Shown one piece after another: positions 42,484-51,932 of a stretch of DNA of 64,000 nucleotides. The notes below the pieces were generated by a model. That model saw only the letters and a list, made by a program, of their open reading frames with translations, did no database searches and had not been told where the DNA came from. Each line of letters starts with the position of its first letter. The stretch's first letter is position 1. Origin of the DNA: an uncultured Mediterranea sp. (GTDB lineage: Bacteria > Bacteroidota > Bacteroidia > Bacteroidales > Bacteroidaceae); contig NZ_CABUOL010000012.1 in assembly GCF_902493215.1 (NCBI RefSeq), positions 5,527-69,526 of the forward strand. The letters are read 5' to 3'. Both the position numbers and the translations under genes were made by a program.

Positions 42484-43100
42484 CAGAAACCATGTACATC
42501 GGAAGCGGAGACGTTCACGCCCTTATGAGCGGAAAGGACACCAAGTCGCACATCGCCCTGATGCAGCGTTTCGTCAGCGGTGTAAAACCTTACTACAACG
42601 CCTTCGCCAGCCCAATAGACGCACTGAGAACAGGAGCTATTCTTGAAAACAGGTATCTGCTCACTTTACCTGACAACTACTTTGCCCAGTACGTTGTCCG
42701 CTCGGACGAAATGGACGTGTTCAAATGTAGCATCGACTTTGCCCGCATCGACAAAGGCAAGCTGACAGACTTCGACGAATTGAAGACACTATACCTCTCG
42801 GACTACCTTGACTTCATCGAGCCTATCAAGCACGATAACCGCGCCCTCGTAGAATACGTCCGAAAGAAGCACAAGGCTTATTATTACCAGGTGCAGGAGC
42901 AGCTCTTCTGCACGCACCTCAGTAGTTGTAACCTCGTTTTCCTGTCCGTCACCACTTATGACGACGAGACTAACCGTAATCGAGACATCCAACCCAACGA
43001 GTATTGCAAAGTGCGTATCGATCGTGACGAGCAGGCCATTGAAGAAATCAAGAAACGAGGAAAGATTTTCCAACAGATAAAAGACTTTTATACGAACTGA
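42480..43100 (+). CDS. YqaJ/lambda-exonuclease-like protein
   Basis: IGSGDV, G..LE, CSIDF, ELKT, YYYQVQEQL; adjacent to ERF. Confidence 0.7.
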   Translation: MTETMYIGSGDVHALMSGKDTKSHIALMQRFVSGVKPYYNAFASPIDALRTGAILENRYLLTLPDNYFAQYVVRSDEMDVFKCSIDFARIDKGKLTDFDELKTLYLSDYLDFIEPIKHDNRALVEYVRKKHKAYYYQVQEQLFCTHLSSCNLVFLSVTTYDDETNRNRDIQPNEYCKVRIDRDEQAIEEIKKRGKIFQQIKDFYTN

Positions 43101-43101
43101 T

Positions 43102-43545
43102 ATGGCAAACCAAGTTACCGGACGGATGCTGACCATCGGCCAAACCGTCCAAATACCATCCAAAACCGGCGGAGACCCGTTTCTGAAACGTGAATTTCTG
43201 CTTGATGCAACCACTTATGATCCCTACACGGGCGAACGCAGTCAATATGAAAACGTCCTCCCATTGGAAGTTAGTGGCGACAAATGTGCCGAACTCGACC
43301 ACTTCTGTATAGGTGATGTGGTGACCGTTTCTTTCGCCCTACAGGGCCGCCAATGGCAGACGCAGGACGGACAAACGAAACGAATGACCTCTATTCGCTG
43401 TTACAAGCTCGAAGGCAGGACGGCAACACAGACCGCGGTACCCCACCCCGCCCCTCAACCTTCGTCACCGGCAGCTGCACCGCCGCAAAACTTCCCGCCG
43501 CACGTCGATGCGGCTGGCAACCCCAAGGACGACTTACCCTTTTAA
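43102..43545 (+). CDS. SSB-like protein (DUF3127 type)
   Basis: OB-fold-like core, Pro-rich linker, DDLPF C-terminus. Confidence 0.8.
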   Translation: MANQVTGRMLTIGQTVQIPSKTGGDPFLKREFLLDATTYDPYTGERSQYENVLPLEVSGDKCAELDHFCIGDVVTVSFALQGRQWQTQDGQTKRMTSIRCYKLEGRTATQTAVPHPAPQPSSPAAAPPQNFPPHVDAAGNPKDDLPF

Positions 43546-43548
43546 ACC

Positions 43549-43989
43549 ATGAGCATTTTCAATCTCCAGAACGAATACGACGTTCCAAAGTTCAAAGCAT
43601 ACGTCAACAAACTATTTCAAGAGCGGGCGGTGGTCGAAGTGAAGAAGAAACTTCCCAACCGCACGCTCGCCCAGAACAGCTACCTGCACCTGCTGCTCGG
43701 TTTCTTTGGGAGCCAGTATGGGTGCAGCCTCGAAGAGGCCAAGATAGACTTCTATAAACGAACCTGTAATCGAGACCTCTTCGAACGTAAGACGGTCAAC
43801 AAGATGGGACGTGAAGTGACCTATCTGCGAAGTTCGGCAGAGCTGACAACCGGTGAAATGACTTTGAGCATTGACCGTTTCCGTAACTGGAGCGCATCCG
43901 TGGCCGGTATCTACCTGCCTGCCGCCAACGAACAGCAAATGCTGGTATATGCACAACAAGAAATCGAACGTAATAACGAATTTATTTAG
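43549..43989 (+). CDS. NinB-like hypothetical protein
   Basis: RTLAQNSYLH and SSAELTTGEM motifs. Confidence 0.55.
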   Translation: MSIFNLQNEYDVPKFKAYVNKLFQERAVVEVKKKLPNRTLAQNSYLHLLLGFFGSQYGCSLEEAKIDFYKRTCNRDLFERKTVNKMGREVTYLRSSAELTTGEMTLSIDRFRNWSASVAGIYLPAANEQQMLVYAQQEIERNNEFI

Positions 43990-43991
43990 CC

Positions 43992-44213
43992 ATGAAAGAC
44001 TTATTTGGGAACGACATAAACGCCTCTAAAGTCTACAGACGAGACAGCATGGGAAGGTTTGCGGATGAACGAACTGCCAAATATGAACGAGCTGTTAAAG
44101 AGGCCGGGATATATAAACAAATGTATCTCGCAGCCCAATCCCGAATGAGAGGATTAGCTAAAATATTGAGGATGAAAGATGAACTAATTTCTAAATTGAA
44201 AAACAATGGATAA
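43992..44213 (+). CDS. Hypothetical phage protein
   Basis: Coupled ORF in the early operon. Confidence 0.6.
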   Translation: MKDLFGNDINASKVYRRDSMGRFADERTAKYERAVKEAGIYKQMYLAAQSRMRGLAKILRMKDELISKLKNNG

Positions 44214-44637
44214 ATTCTTAGGACAAGAAATTCCCGAACAGGAACGATGGCGCTTTCTTCAGGACAACGCCGATGCAGTAGAGAAAATCGGCTATACACA
44301 CCGATTCACCCCCGAAGAACTGGCTCAGAAGAAAGAAACCTTGGCCGAGGTATCAATAACAATCAACGATGTTGAGATAGAGAAGAAAGAGGCCATGGAG
44401 AGTTTCAAAGAAAGATTGAAACCTCTGAACGAAGCAAAGCAAGAACTTTTGGACCACATCAAAAGAGGTTCGGAGTTCGTAGAAAATGAAGAGTGTGCCA
44501 AAATCATCTACCATGAAGAAAAGATGGTAGGATTCTACAACAGGCTTGGCGAGCTGGTGTACAGCCGTCCCATTATGCCACAAGAAATGCAGAAGACCGT
44601 ATTTAGTATTAACCGTAAGACTGGAACAGATAATTAG
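44206..44637 (+). CDS. Hypothetical coiled-coil phage protein
   Basis: Coupled ORF, 143 aa. Confidence 0.7.
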   Translation: MDKFLGQEIPEQERWRFLQDNADAVEKIGYTHRFTPEELAQKKETLAEVSITINDVEIEKKEAMESFKERLKPLNEAKQELLDHIKRGSEFVENEECAKIIYHEEKMVGFYNRLGELVYSRPIMPQEMQKTVFSINRKTGTDN

Positions 44638-44639
44638 TT

Positions 44640-45377
44640 ATGAGCGAAAACAAAATTAATTTGGTCGTACCGAAAGAGTACAACGGTACACCTATCGAGG
44701 TAGTATTGAGAGAAGGCAAGGCACCCGTAGCTCTTGATCCGAAAGAGCCGAAAAAGGTCAGTATAGCCGGGACAATCGACGCACCTCTGAAATGGCTGGA
44801 AAAGCGTGTCGAGCTGATTAACCAAAAGAAAACCCATATCATTGTAAATCGTGATAAAATGGGGATGGCTTTGACCATTGACGAAACGGACTACTATCAG
44901 ACGGAAATCGGAGGCGTTCTCCAGCCATCCAAGGAAATGCAGGAGTTCGGTATCAATACCGACAAGAAGTGGGAACCCATCAAATTGTCCCAGTTCTTCA
45001 AGATGCACCGCGCCTTCTTCAAGGACAAATCACAAAATATGGTACTGGTTTCCACTTTGAAGAATTTCAAGGCCAAGGTAAATCAGGACATTGAACGCAG
45101 TAAAGAGGAAAACGGAAACAAGACGGACAACTATTCGCAGGTTGTTGATTCCAACCTTCCTAAATCATTCAAACTGAATATTCCTCTTTTCAAAGGATTC
45201 ACCTGTGAAGAAATCGAGGTCGAGATTTATGCCGATGTAGATGGACGGGAAGTTTCTCTCTCTTTGGTTTCTGCTGGTGCAAATGAGGCCATTGAAGAAT
45301 ACAAAAACAAGGTGATTGACGAACAGATTGAAGCAATCAAAGGCGTTGCACCTGACATCGTAATAATCGAAGTGTAA
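44640..45377 (+). CDS. Hypothetical phage protein
   Basis: 245-aa ORF, 2 nt after the previous stop. Confidence 0.7.
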   Translation: MSENKINLVVPKEYNGTPIEVVLREGKAPVALDPKEPKKVSIAGTIDAPLKWLEKRVELINQKKTHIIVNRDKMGMALTIDETDYYQTEIGGVLQPSKEMQEFGINTDKKWEPIKLSQFFKMHRAFFKDKSQNMVLVSTLKNFKAKVNQDIERSKEENGNKTDNYSQVVDSNLPKSFKLNIPLFKGFTCEEIEVEIYADVDGREVSLSLVSAGANEAIEEYKNKVIDEQIEAIKGVAPDIVIIEV

Positions 45378-45403
45378 CTGACAGCCCGGAAAGACGGGCA
45401 TCT

Positions 45404-45514
45404 GGTATCGTGGCGGAATTGGTAAACGCGTCTCAAAATGAGATGGCATAAGGTTGAGAGTGGCCATGTTAAAGCCTTTGTAAGTCCTTGCAGGTTCGAC
45501 TCCTGCCGGTACCA
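45404..45514 (+). ncRNA. tRNA-Leu-like RNA with an expanded non-canonical core
   Basis: Acceptor GGTATCG/CGGTACC-A, Leu-type TGGCGGAATTGGTAAACGCG, T arm GCAGG-TTCGACT-CCTGC; about 59 nt between D and T arms. Confidence 0.75.
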
Positions 45515-45533
45515 CAAACTAAAAACATGAATT

Positions 45534-46010
45534 ATGCCGTATTATATCAAGAAACCTAAAAAGAAGAAAGAAAAGCCCTTGCCATTATTCGACAAGGTAG
45601 GTATCAAGGTAAAGAAGAAGCCGGATTTAGTAGCTAAACTCGACAAAGTTTTCAGCCGCTATATCCGGCTTCGCGATTGTATGCCGAACGGATATTTCCG
45701 CTGTATCTCATGCGGCCAGATAAAGCCTTACGAACAGGCGGATTGCGGCCATTATCATTCGCGCCGCCACATGTCCACACGTTTTGACGAGGATAATGCC
45801 CATGCAGAATGTAGGTCATGTAACCGTTTCAGCGCAGATCATCTGATTCGATATGAAACAAACCTGAAGGCTAAAATAGGCCAGCAACGTTTCGACAAGC
45901 TAGCATGGAAAGCCGGTCAGACACGGAAGTGGACCGACTTTGAATTAATCGAACTCACCAAGTATTACAAGACTTTAGCCGACAAACTGAGTAAGGAGAA
46001 AGGACTATGA
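45534..46010 (+). CDS. NinG/Rap-like recombination endonuclease
   Basis: FSRYIRLRD, CISCG, DCGHY, RFDEDNAHAECRSCN. Confidence 0.85.
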   Translation: MPYYIKKPKKKKEKPLPLFDKVGIKVKKKPDLVAKLDKVFSRYIRLRDCMPNGYFRCISCGQIKPYEQADCGHYHSRRHMSTRFDEDNAHAECRSCNRFSADHLIRYETNLKAKIGQQRFDKLAWKAGQTRKWTDFELIELTKYYKTLADKLSKEKGL

Positions 46011-46183
46011 ACGAACTGCAACCAGGAACTTTCGTAATAATGATGAAGAATACTGACGGCTCATTTTCTCCTGTTGGCATGACCAAGGAACAAGCCTATA
46101 TCGTTCTTTCCTTCCTCAGTCAGTTGAGCACGGACGATCCATTTATTGTAAAAGATAGCGAGAAATATGTACAAACTACGTGA
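46007..46183 (+). CDS. Small hypothetical protein (58 aa)
   Basis: Manual translation MNELQPGTFVIMMK...VQTT; overlaps both neighbours. Confidence 0.55.
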   Translation: MNELQPGTFVIMMKNTDGSFSPVGMTKEQAYIVLSFLSQLSTDDPFIVKDSEKYVQTT

Positions 46184-47336
46184 CTACCAACAGCAGGCCA
46201 GCGATGCCGCCGTCCGATTCTTCGGTGATAAGAAGATGAAGCGCAACGCCATTATGGTACTGCCCACCGGTGCCGGGAAAAGCCTGGTGATAGCCGATAT
46301 CGCCAACCGCCTCGAAGGGCATACGTTGGTATTTCAGCCAAGCAAGGAGATTTTGGAACAGAACTACCAGAAGCTATGTTCGTACGGTGTACTGGACTGC
46401 TCAATCTACTCCGCCTCGTTCGGACGAAAAGAAATATCGCGCATTACCTTCGCCACCATCGGCAGTGTCAGCAACCATACCGAGTTGTTCCAGCACTTTC
46501 GAAACATCATCATCGACGAGTGCCACCTAGTCAACCCCAAAGAAGGAATGTACAAGGAATTCCTCTCGATGCTGCGATGCAAGGTGCTGGGGTTGACAGC
46601 CACGCCTTACCGCCTCTCTTCGAGCCGCGACTATGGTGCAATGCTGAAGTTCATCACCCGCACTGTTCCCCGCGTATTCTCCGAAGTCATCTATCAAGTT
46701 CAGATCTCCACCCTGCTTGACATGGGCTACCTCTCGAAACTGAACTACTACCCGATGAACCCCGTGGGCTGGAACGAACTCAACCTGAACGTGAACACTA
46801 CCGGGGCTGACTACACAGACAAGTCTGTTGTCCGCGAATACGAGCGCATAGACTTTTACGGTTTTCTGGTGAGTATCGTCCGCCGGCTGCTCAACCCCAA
46901 GGTGGGCGGCAAGCGCAAGGGCATCCTTGTCTTTACCCGCTTCCTGAAAGAGGCCGAAAGGCTCACACGCTCCATTCCCGGCACGGCCATCGTCAGCGGA
47001 GAAACCTCGAAGGCATCCCGCGAAATGATACTCCAGCAGTTCAAGGCAGGCGAAATACCCGTCGTAGCCAATGTCGGGGTACTTGTTTGTGGTTTCGACT
47101 ATCCGGAGTTAGATACTATTGTTATTGCAAGACCAACTATGTCATTAGCACTTTACTATCAAATCGTAGGTAGGGCTATTAGACCGCATCCGAATAAAAA
47201 GGAGGGCTGGATAGTAGATTTAGCTGGTAATATAAAAAGGTTTGGTAAAGTAGAAGATTTACGTCTTGTAAATGATGGTAATAACAAATGGTCTGTTTGG
47301 AATAAAAATAAGCAGTTGACAAACGTAAGATTTTAA
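46167..47336 (+). CDS. SF2 DEAD/DEAH helicase (RadD-like)
   Basis: LPTGAGKS, DECH, GLTATP, QIVGRAIR. Confidence 0.92.
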   Translation: MYKLRDYQQQASDAAVRFFGDKKMKRNAIMVLPTGAGKSLVIADIANRLEGHTLVFQPSKEILEQNYQKLCSYGVLDCSIYSASFGRKEISRITFATIGSVSNHTELFQHFRNIIIDECHLVNPKEGMYKEFLSMLRCKVLGLTATPYRLSSSRDYGAMLKFITRTVPRVFSEVIYQVQISTLLDMGYLSKLNYYPMNPVGWNELNLNVNTTGADYTDKSVVREYERIDFYGFLVSIVRRLLNPKVGGKRKGILVFTRFLKEAERLTRSIPGTAIVSGETSKASREMILQQFKAGEIPVVANVGVLVCGFDYPELDTIVIARPTMSLALYYQIVGRAIRPHPNKKEGWIVDLAGNIKRFGKVEDLRLVNDGNNKWSVWNKNKQLTNVRF

Positions 47337-47367
47337 AAGTTTTGTTTGGCATTTTAGAAAATTGGGG

Positions 47368-47560
47368 TATCTTTGCGGTGTTCAACGCCAAAGAACATTT
47401 TTATTTATTGCAAAGGTTCATGGATTTTTTATATCCATTCGACAGATTGTATCTAATGATATAGGCTGTTCGTATTCCCATGTTGGCTATGTATCTTTGC
47501 GATATATGGTGTTCTTTGGCGAGAACGGGAAGCGAACAGCTTTCTTTTTATACATAACTC
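47368..47560 (+). promoter_or_regulatory. Promoter and long structured leader
   Basis: TATCTTTG at 47368-75; cgccaaagaaca pairs with tgttctttggcg; gctgttcg..ttccc pairs with gggaa.cgaacagc. Confidence 0.55.
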
Positions 47561-47574
47561 AAATTTCAACAACA

Positions 47575-47811
47575 ATGCCAAAGAACTTGAAATTAGAGAA
47601 TGGGAGAATTATATGTAACCCACAATCTACGCCAAACAGTGCGAAAACTGTGTCTTATCGTAAATTTGAAATAGAGAAGAACGCCAAAAACGAAGCTTAC
47701 TATTTCATTATATCCAACGGACTTTTAGAAGAATTTATGAAGTTCTGCAAGAACTATCGTTCAAGTGACCCACACAAGGATTGCTTGAAAGTTTTATTGT
47801 CTAACCTCTAA
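47575..47811 (+). CDS. Hypothetical protein on the HNH insertion
   Basis: ATG in A-rich context after the leader: MPKNLKLENG... Confidence 0.6.
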   Translation: MPKNLKLENGRIICNPQSTPNSAKTVSYRKFEIEKNAKNEAYYFIISNGLLEEFMKFCKNYRSSDPHKDCLKVLLSNL

Positions 47812-47823
47812 TTCATCTTATTC

Positions 47824-48360
47824 ATGGAAGAAGTTTGGAAAGATATAGCCGGATATGAAGGACTATATCAAGTAAGCAATCTGGGGAGAATAAAAGCGTT
47901 TGCTAAAAAAGGATTGCCACAAGATAAGATACTATCATGCGCAAATTCAAATGGCTACCGAATGATCTATTTGCGTAAAGATGGTAAAAGGAGTTATCAC
48001 TCTGTTCATAGGTTGGTAGCAAAAGCATTTATACCTAACCCTAAAAAAATGCCTTTCGTTAATCATAAAAACGAAAAGAAATCAGATAATAGAACTGAAA
48101 ATCTGGAATGGTGTGATGCTAAATACAATACTAATTATGGTACTTCTATTAAAAGGAGGGCAAAAGCGCAAACAAATAAGCACGGGTCAATCCAAGTTAT
48201 ACAATTATCATTACAAGGCGATATAATAGCCGAATATCCATCTATGATGGAGGCAGAAAGAAAAACAAACATACCAGCAAGGGCTATATGTGCTTGCTGT
48301 AAAAACTATCAAAAATCAGCATTTGGATATATATGGAAATATAAAAACAATGGGGTGTAG
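47824..48360 (+). CDS. NUMOD4-HNH-NUMOD1 homing endonuclease
   Basis: EVWKDIAGYEGLYQVSNLGRIK, VHRLVAKAF, VNHKNE.K.DNR.ENLEW, SAFGYIWKY. Confidence 0.92.
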   Translation: MEEVWKDIAGYEGLYQVSNLGRIKAFAKKGLPQDKILSCANSNGYRMIYLRKDGKRSYHSVHRLVAKAFIPNPKKMPFVNHKNEKKSDNRTENLEWCDAKYNTNYGTSIKRRAKAQTNKHGSIQVIQLSLQGDIIAEYPSMMEAERKTNIPARAICACCKNYQKSAFGYIWKYKNNGV

Positions 48361-48448
48361 CAAATGCGCCCCAACCATATTTTAAACCATGAAATGCTTT
48401 TAAAAAGCGAAATATAGAAGTTAACCAACGTAAGATTTTAAAAAAGAT

Positions 48449-49450
48449 ATGGAAGAAGGATTTTTGAGGCTGAGCCGCAGGTTTTTCTCGAATGAATTGT
48501 GGAAGGCAGCCCGGGTGTTTTCGGAATGCGAAGCGTGGCTTGACTTGATTCAGTCAGCACGATTTGAGGCAACCGACAAGGCGTATAGCGAACTCATCGG
48601 GGGTCGAGAAATCTCTTATTCAAGAGGTCAATATCCGGCAACCGTGTCTTTTCTGAAAAAGCGTTGGGGATGGAAAACGGAGAAGCGCGTACGATGCTTT
48701 CTCGATCGCCTGAAAAAGAAGGGAATGATCACTACAGACTCTTCGCAGGGAATGAACATCATCACCCTTTGCAAATACGATGAATACAACCCACTTCCCA
48801 AAGACGAAGGGCAACGGTTGGGGCAAGCGTCAGGGCAAGCCGAGGGCAAAGATGCGTATGTGAAAATCAGCGACTTACGCGAATTTGGGTCAATGCTTGG
48901 GGCAGAACTAAGGGCAAGCATAGGGCAAATAGTGGAAGAAACCATGAGAAACTACCCAAAACAGGGGCAAACCAAGGGCAACAAGAAGAAGAAAGAAGAG
49001 AGTAATAATATTTATCCCCCCACACCCCCCGAGGGGGAGGGTATAAACAAAAAAGCTCGTCTTGCTTTCGAAGAGCATTACAGGCAGGTATTCGGTAACG
49101 ACTACTATTGGACGGCCAAAGATGCCGGCGCGATGTCCAAGTTGTTGCAGAAATTGCGCTTTCAGCGCGAACAGAAGCAGCTGGATGTTTCGGACGATTC
49201 AATCATCTATGCCCTTTGCTACTTGCTGTCTTCTATCAACGAAGGCTGGATATTCGAGAACTTCAGCGTGACGAATATCAATTCGAAATTCAACGAGATT
49301 GTATCACAAATCAAGACCGCGCACAATGGAAACAGTCGCAGCAGTTATTCAAGCAAACAAGAGGCCAACGCCTACGCTCTCAGTCTGCTACAACAGCATA
49401 AGCGAGAACTCGAAGAAGGCATGGCTAACGAAATGGAAAGGCCGTTCTGA
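48449..49450 (+). CDS. Phage replication initiator (lambda O-like organisation)
   Basis: N-terminal wHTH (LKKRWGW, IITLCKYDEY), internal repeat tract, IYPPTP linker; sits in the replication module. Confidence 0.7.
   Translation: MEEGFLRLSRRFFSNELWKAARVFSECEAWLDLIQSARFEATDKAYSELIGGREISYSRGQYPATVSFLKKRWGWKTEKRVRCFLDRLKKKGMITTDSSQGMNIITLCKYDEYNPLPKDEGQRLGQASGQAEGKDAYVKISDLREFGSMLGAELRASIGQIVEETMRNYPKQGQTKGNKKKKEESNNIYPPTPPEGEGINKKARLAFEEHYRQVFGNDYYWTAKDAGAMSKLLQKLRFQREQKQLDVSDDSIIYALCYLLSSINEGWIFENFSVTNINSKFNEIVSQIKTAHNGNSRSSYSSKQEANAYALSLLQQHKRELEEGMANEMERPF
48809..48981 (+). repeat. GGGCAA iteron-like repeats (putative phage origin)
   Basis: Copies at 48809, 48821, 48833, 48844, 48912, 48923, 48965, 48976, followed by an A-rich tract. 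Confidence 0.65.
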
Positions 49451-49985
49451 CGTAGAGCGGGTATTTTCCCCGATGCAATGGGGATATACTTTGCAGAACG
49501 CAGAACGTGCTTACATGGCCGACTGCCCCACGCTGATGCAGTACGACGCACTGTATGGAGAAGGCTCTTCGGCCTACTGGATAGAGCTTCAGGTCTTCGG
49601 GCTTTTCGGGGCATCCTCCAGCAAGGACAGCAGCATGGCCGACGGCATTCGGATATTTAGTCAGGCGTTTGCGCAGGAAGTACGCCAGTACAAGCTGTCC
49701 GAACTGATGCTGTTCTTTGCCCGCTACAAGGCCGGACGATACGACAACAGTTACGCCAGCTTCGACACCAAGCGCATAGGCAACGCCTTCTTCAATGAAT
49801 TCTTGACACAGCGCAATTTCGAGATTGACGCGGCCGTCAGGAAGCAGCAGCAGGAAGAAAGCCTGAAACGTAGGGAACTGCCAGAAGGTTACACCATCCC
49901 CGAAGGCTACAACCCATACACCTGGTATCTGGAGCGTAAGCGTCGTGGAGAGATAGGCAATCCACCCAAAACAGAAAGCCCATGA
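49326..49985 (+). CDS. Hypothetical replication-module protein
   Basis: Long ORF directly after the initiator; start uncertain. Confidence 0.6.
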   Translation: METVAAVIQANKRPTPTLSVCYNSISENSKKAWLTKWKGRSDVERVFSPMQWGYTLQNAERAYMADCPTLMQYDALYGEGSSAYWIELQVFGLFGASSSKDSSMADGIRIFSQAFAQEVRQYKLSELMLFFARYKAGRYDNSYASFDTKRIGNAFFNEFLTQRNFEIDAAVRKQQQEESLKRRELPEGYTIPEGYNPYTWYLERKRRGEIGNPPKTESP

Positions 49986-50182
49986 GACTGACTATCTGCT
50001 GGACGCGCAAAGGTCGCGTAAAGGACTGTTACGACAGCATCCGCGAAAAATTCGGCCTTCCCGACTACATGACCGTGAACCACGAAACGCCTTGCGATAT
50101 CCGTGAGGAAGACCTAGAGCTGTTGAGGATGTGCGAGAACAGAGGATTTTTGATGATAAGATTTAAAAACATACGATTATGA
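49982..50182 (+). CDS. Hypothetical phage protein
   Basis: ATGA overlaps at both ends. Confidence 0.65.
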   Translation: MRLTICWTRKGRVKDCYDSIREKFGLPDYMTVNHETPCDIREEDLELLRMCENRGFLMIRFKNIRL

Positions 50183-51882
50183 TTCAACTTTTATATGTCG
50201 ATCTGTTTTGCGGTGCCGGAGGAACCAGTACAGGAGTAGAAAATGCGCGATATGCCGGTGAACAATGCGCCAAGGTGATAGCTTGCGTCAACCACGATGC
50301 AAACGCCATCGCCAGCCATGCGGCCAACCATCCCGAAGCGCTGCACTTCACGGAGGATATCCGTACATTGGAGTTATCTCCTTTGATTTCTCACATAGAA
50401 CGAATGAAGAAGATTTATCCGGATACGTTGGTCGTGCTGTGGGCATCGCTGGAATGCACCAATTTTTCCAAGGCAAAGGGAGGCCAGCCACGGGACGCGG
50501 ACAGCCGGACTTTGGCCGAACACTTGTTCCGCTACATCGAAGCCATCGACCCGGACTACATCCAGATAGAGAACGTTGAGGAATTCATGTCTTGGGGCGA
50601 CATGGACGAACATGGGCACCCTATCAGTAAGGACAAGGGCCGTTGCTATGAGAGGTGGAAAAGGAACGTGAAGCGATACGGCTACGACTTCGATTGGCGC
50701 ATCCTGAACGCTGCCGACTATGGTGCCTATACCACCCGCAAGCGTTTCTTCGGCATCTTTGCCAAGCGTGGCCTGCCCATTGTATTTCCGGAGCCTACAC
50801 ACTGCAAGGATGGCAAAACAGATATGTTCGGACGGCTGGAGAAGTGGAAGCCTGTCAAGGAAGTGCTCGATTTCTCCGACGAGGGAGATAGCATCTTCTG
50901 CCGGAAGAAGCCGCTGGCCGAGAAGACCCTTGAACGTATCTATGCCGGACTGATTAAGTTCGTAGCCGGAGGAAAGGAAGCTTTCATCGTGAAGTACAAC
51001 TCAATGAGCCGGACGGGAAAATACCAGGCTCCGAGCGTTGACGAACCTTGTCCGGTTGTAGCGACACAAGGGCGGTTGGCATTGGCTAAGGTAAACTTCC
51101 TTTCCAAACAATTTAGTGGACATCCTGAAAGCAAAAATATTTCTGTGGATGAACCAGCCGGAACAATTACATGTAAAGACCATCATGCTTTCGTATCGGC
51201 CTATTACGAAAACGGGCATAATCATTCGGTACAACTACCTGCGCCGACGGTCACAACCAAAGACCGTTTATCCTTAGTAATGCCGTTCTTTATGAATTAC
51301 TATTCCGGAGGAGGCCAATTGGGAAGCGTTGAAACCCCATGCCCGGCCATAATGACGGTGCCCAAGCAGAACCTCGTAACTCCAGTTCTTATGAGACAGG
51401 TTGCTCTCCGTAAACCTTGGATAATGAACACGGCTTTTTCCAATGTAGGAAGCAGCATCGAACAACCTTCACAGACCGTCACCGCAAACAGAAAATGGTT
51501 CTATCTGATGAACCCTCAGTTTGCCAGTGCAGGCGGTTCGGTTAACAATCCATGCTTCACATTGATTGCACGGATGGACAAGATGCCGCCTTATCTCGTA
51601 GCCGCCGAGGGAGGTATAGGGATACAGGTTGCTCCTGGGGACAGCCCGATGACCATCAAGATTAAGGAGTTCATGGCTCTCTATGGGATTATCGACATCA
51701 AGATGCGGATGCTTAGGATTGCAGAACTAAAGAAGATTATGGGTTTCCCGGAAGACTATGTGCTGATTGGACCGCAGTCAGACCAAAAGAAGTTTATCGG
51801 CAATGCGGTGGAGGTGAATATGGCTCGTGTGCTTTGTGAGGCGATATGTAAGGAGATTGTTAGGAAACGAAAAGTTGCGTAA
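50179..51882 (+). CDS. DNA (cytosine-5)-methyltransferase
   Basis: Motif I DLFCGAGG, IV SLECTNFS, VI ENV, VIII TRKRFF, IX-X ELKKIMGFP..IGNAV. Confidence 0.9.
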   Translation: MIQLLYVDLFCGAGGTSTGVENARYAGEQCAKVIACVNHDANAIASHAANHPEALHFTEDIRTLELSPLISHIERMKKIYPDTLVVLWASLECTNFSKAKGGQPRDADSRTLAEHLFRYIEAIDPDYIQIENVEEFMSWGDMDEHGHPISKDKGRCYERWKRNVKRYGYDFDWRILNAADYGAYTTRKRFFGIFAKRGLPIVFPEPTHCKDGKTDMFGRLEKWKPVKEVLDFSDEGDSIFCRKKPLAEKTLERIYAGLIKFVAGGKEAFIVKYNSMSRTGKYQAPSVDEPCPVVATQGRLALAKVNFLSKQFSGHPESKNISVDEPAGTITCKDHHAFVSAYYENGHNHSVQLPAPTVTTKDRLSLVMPFFMNYYSGGGQLGSVETPCPAIMTVPKQNLVTPVLMRQVALRKPWIMNTAFSNVGSSIEQPSQTVTANRKWFYLMNPQFASAGGSVNNPCFTLIARMDKMPPYLVAAEGGIGIQVAPGDSPMTIKIKEFMALYGIIDIKMRMLRIAELKKIMGFPEDYVLIGPQSDQKKFIGNAVEVNMARVLCEAICKEIVRKRKVA

Positions 51883-51932
51883 TTCGGCTTTACGTAAAGT
51901 TTATGTAAAGCGAATAAATCAAAAAAAGTATT

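Noticed and set aside
47362..47574. N-terminal extension of the 47362 ORF
   Set aside because: It starts upstream of the -7 box and covers a base-paired leader; ATG 47575 has the better context.
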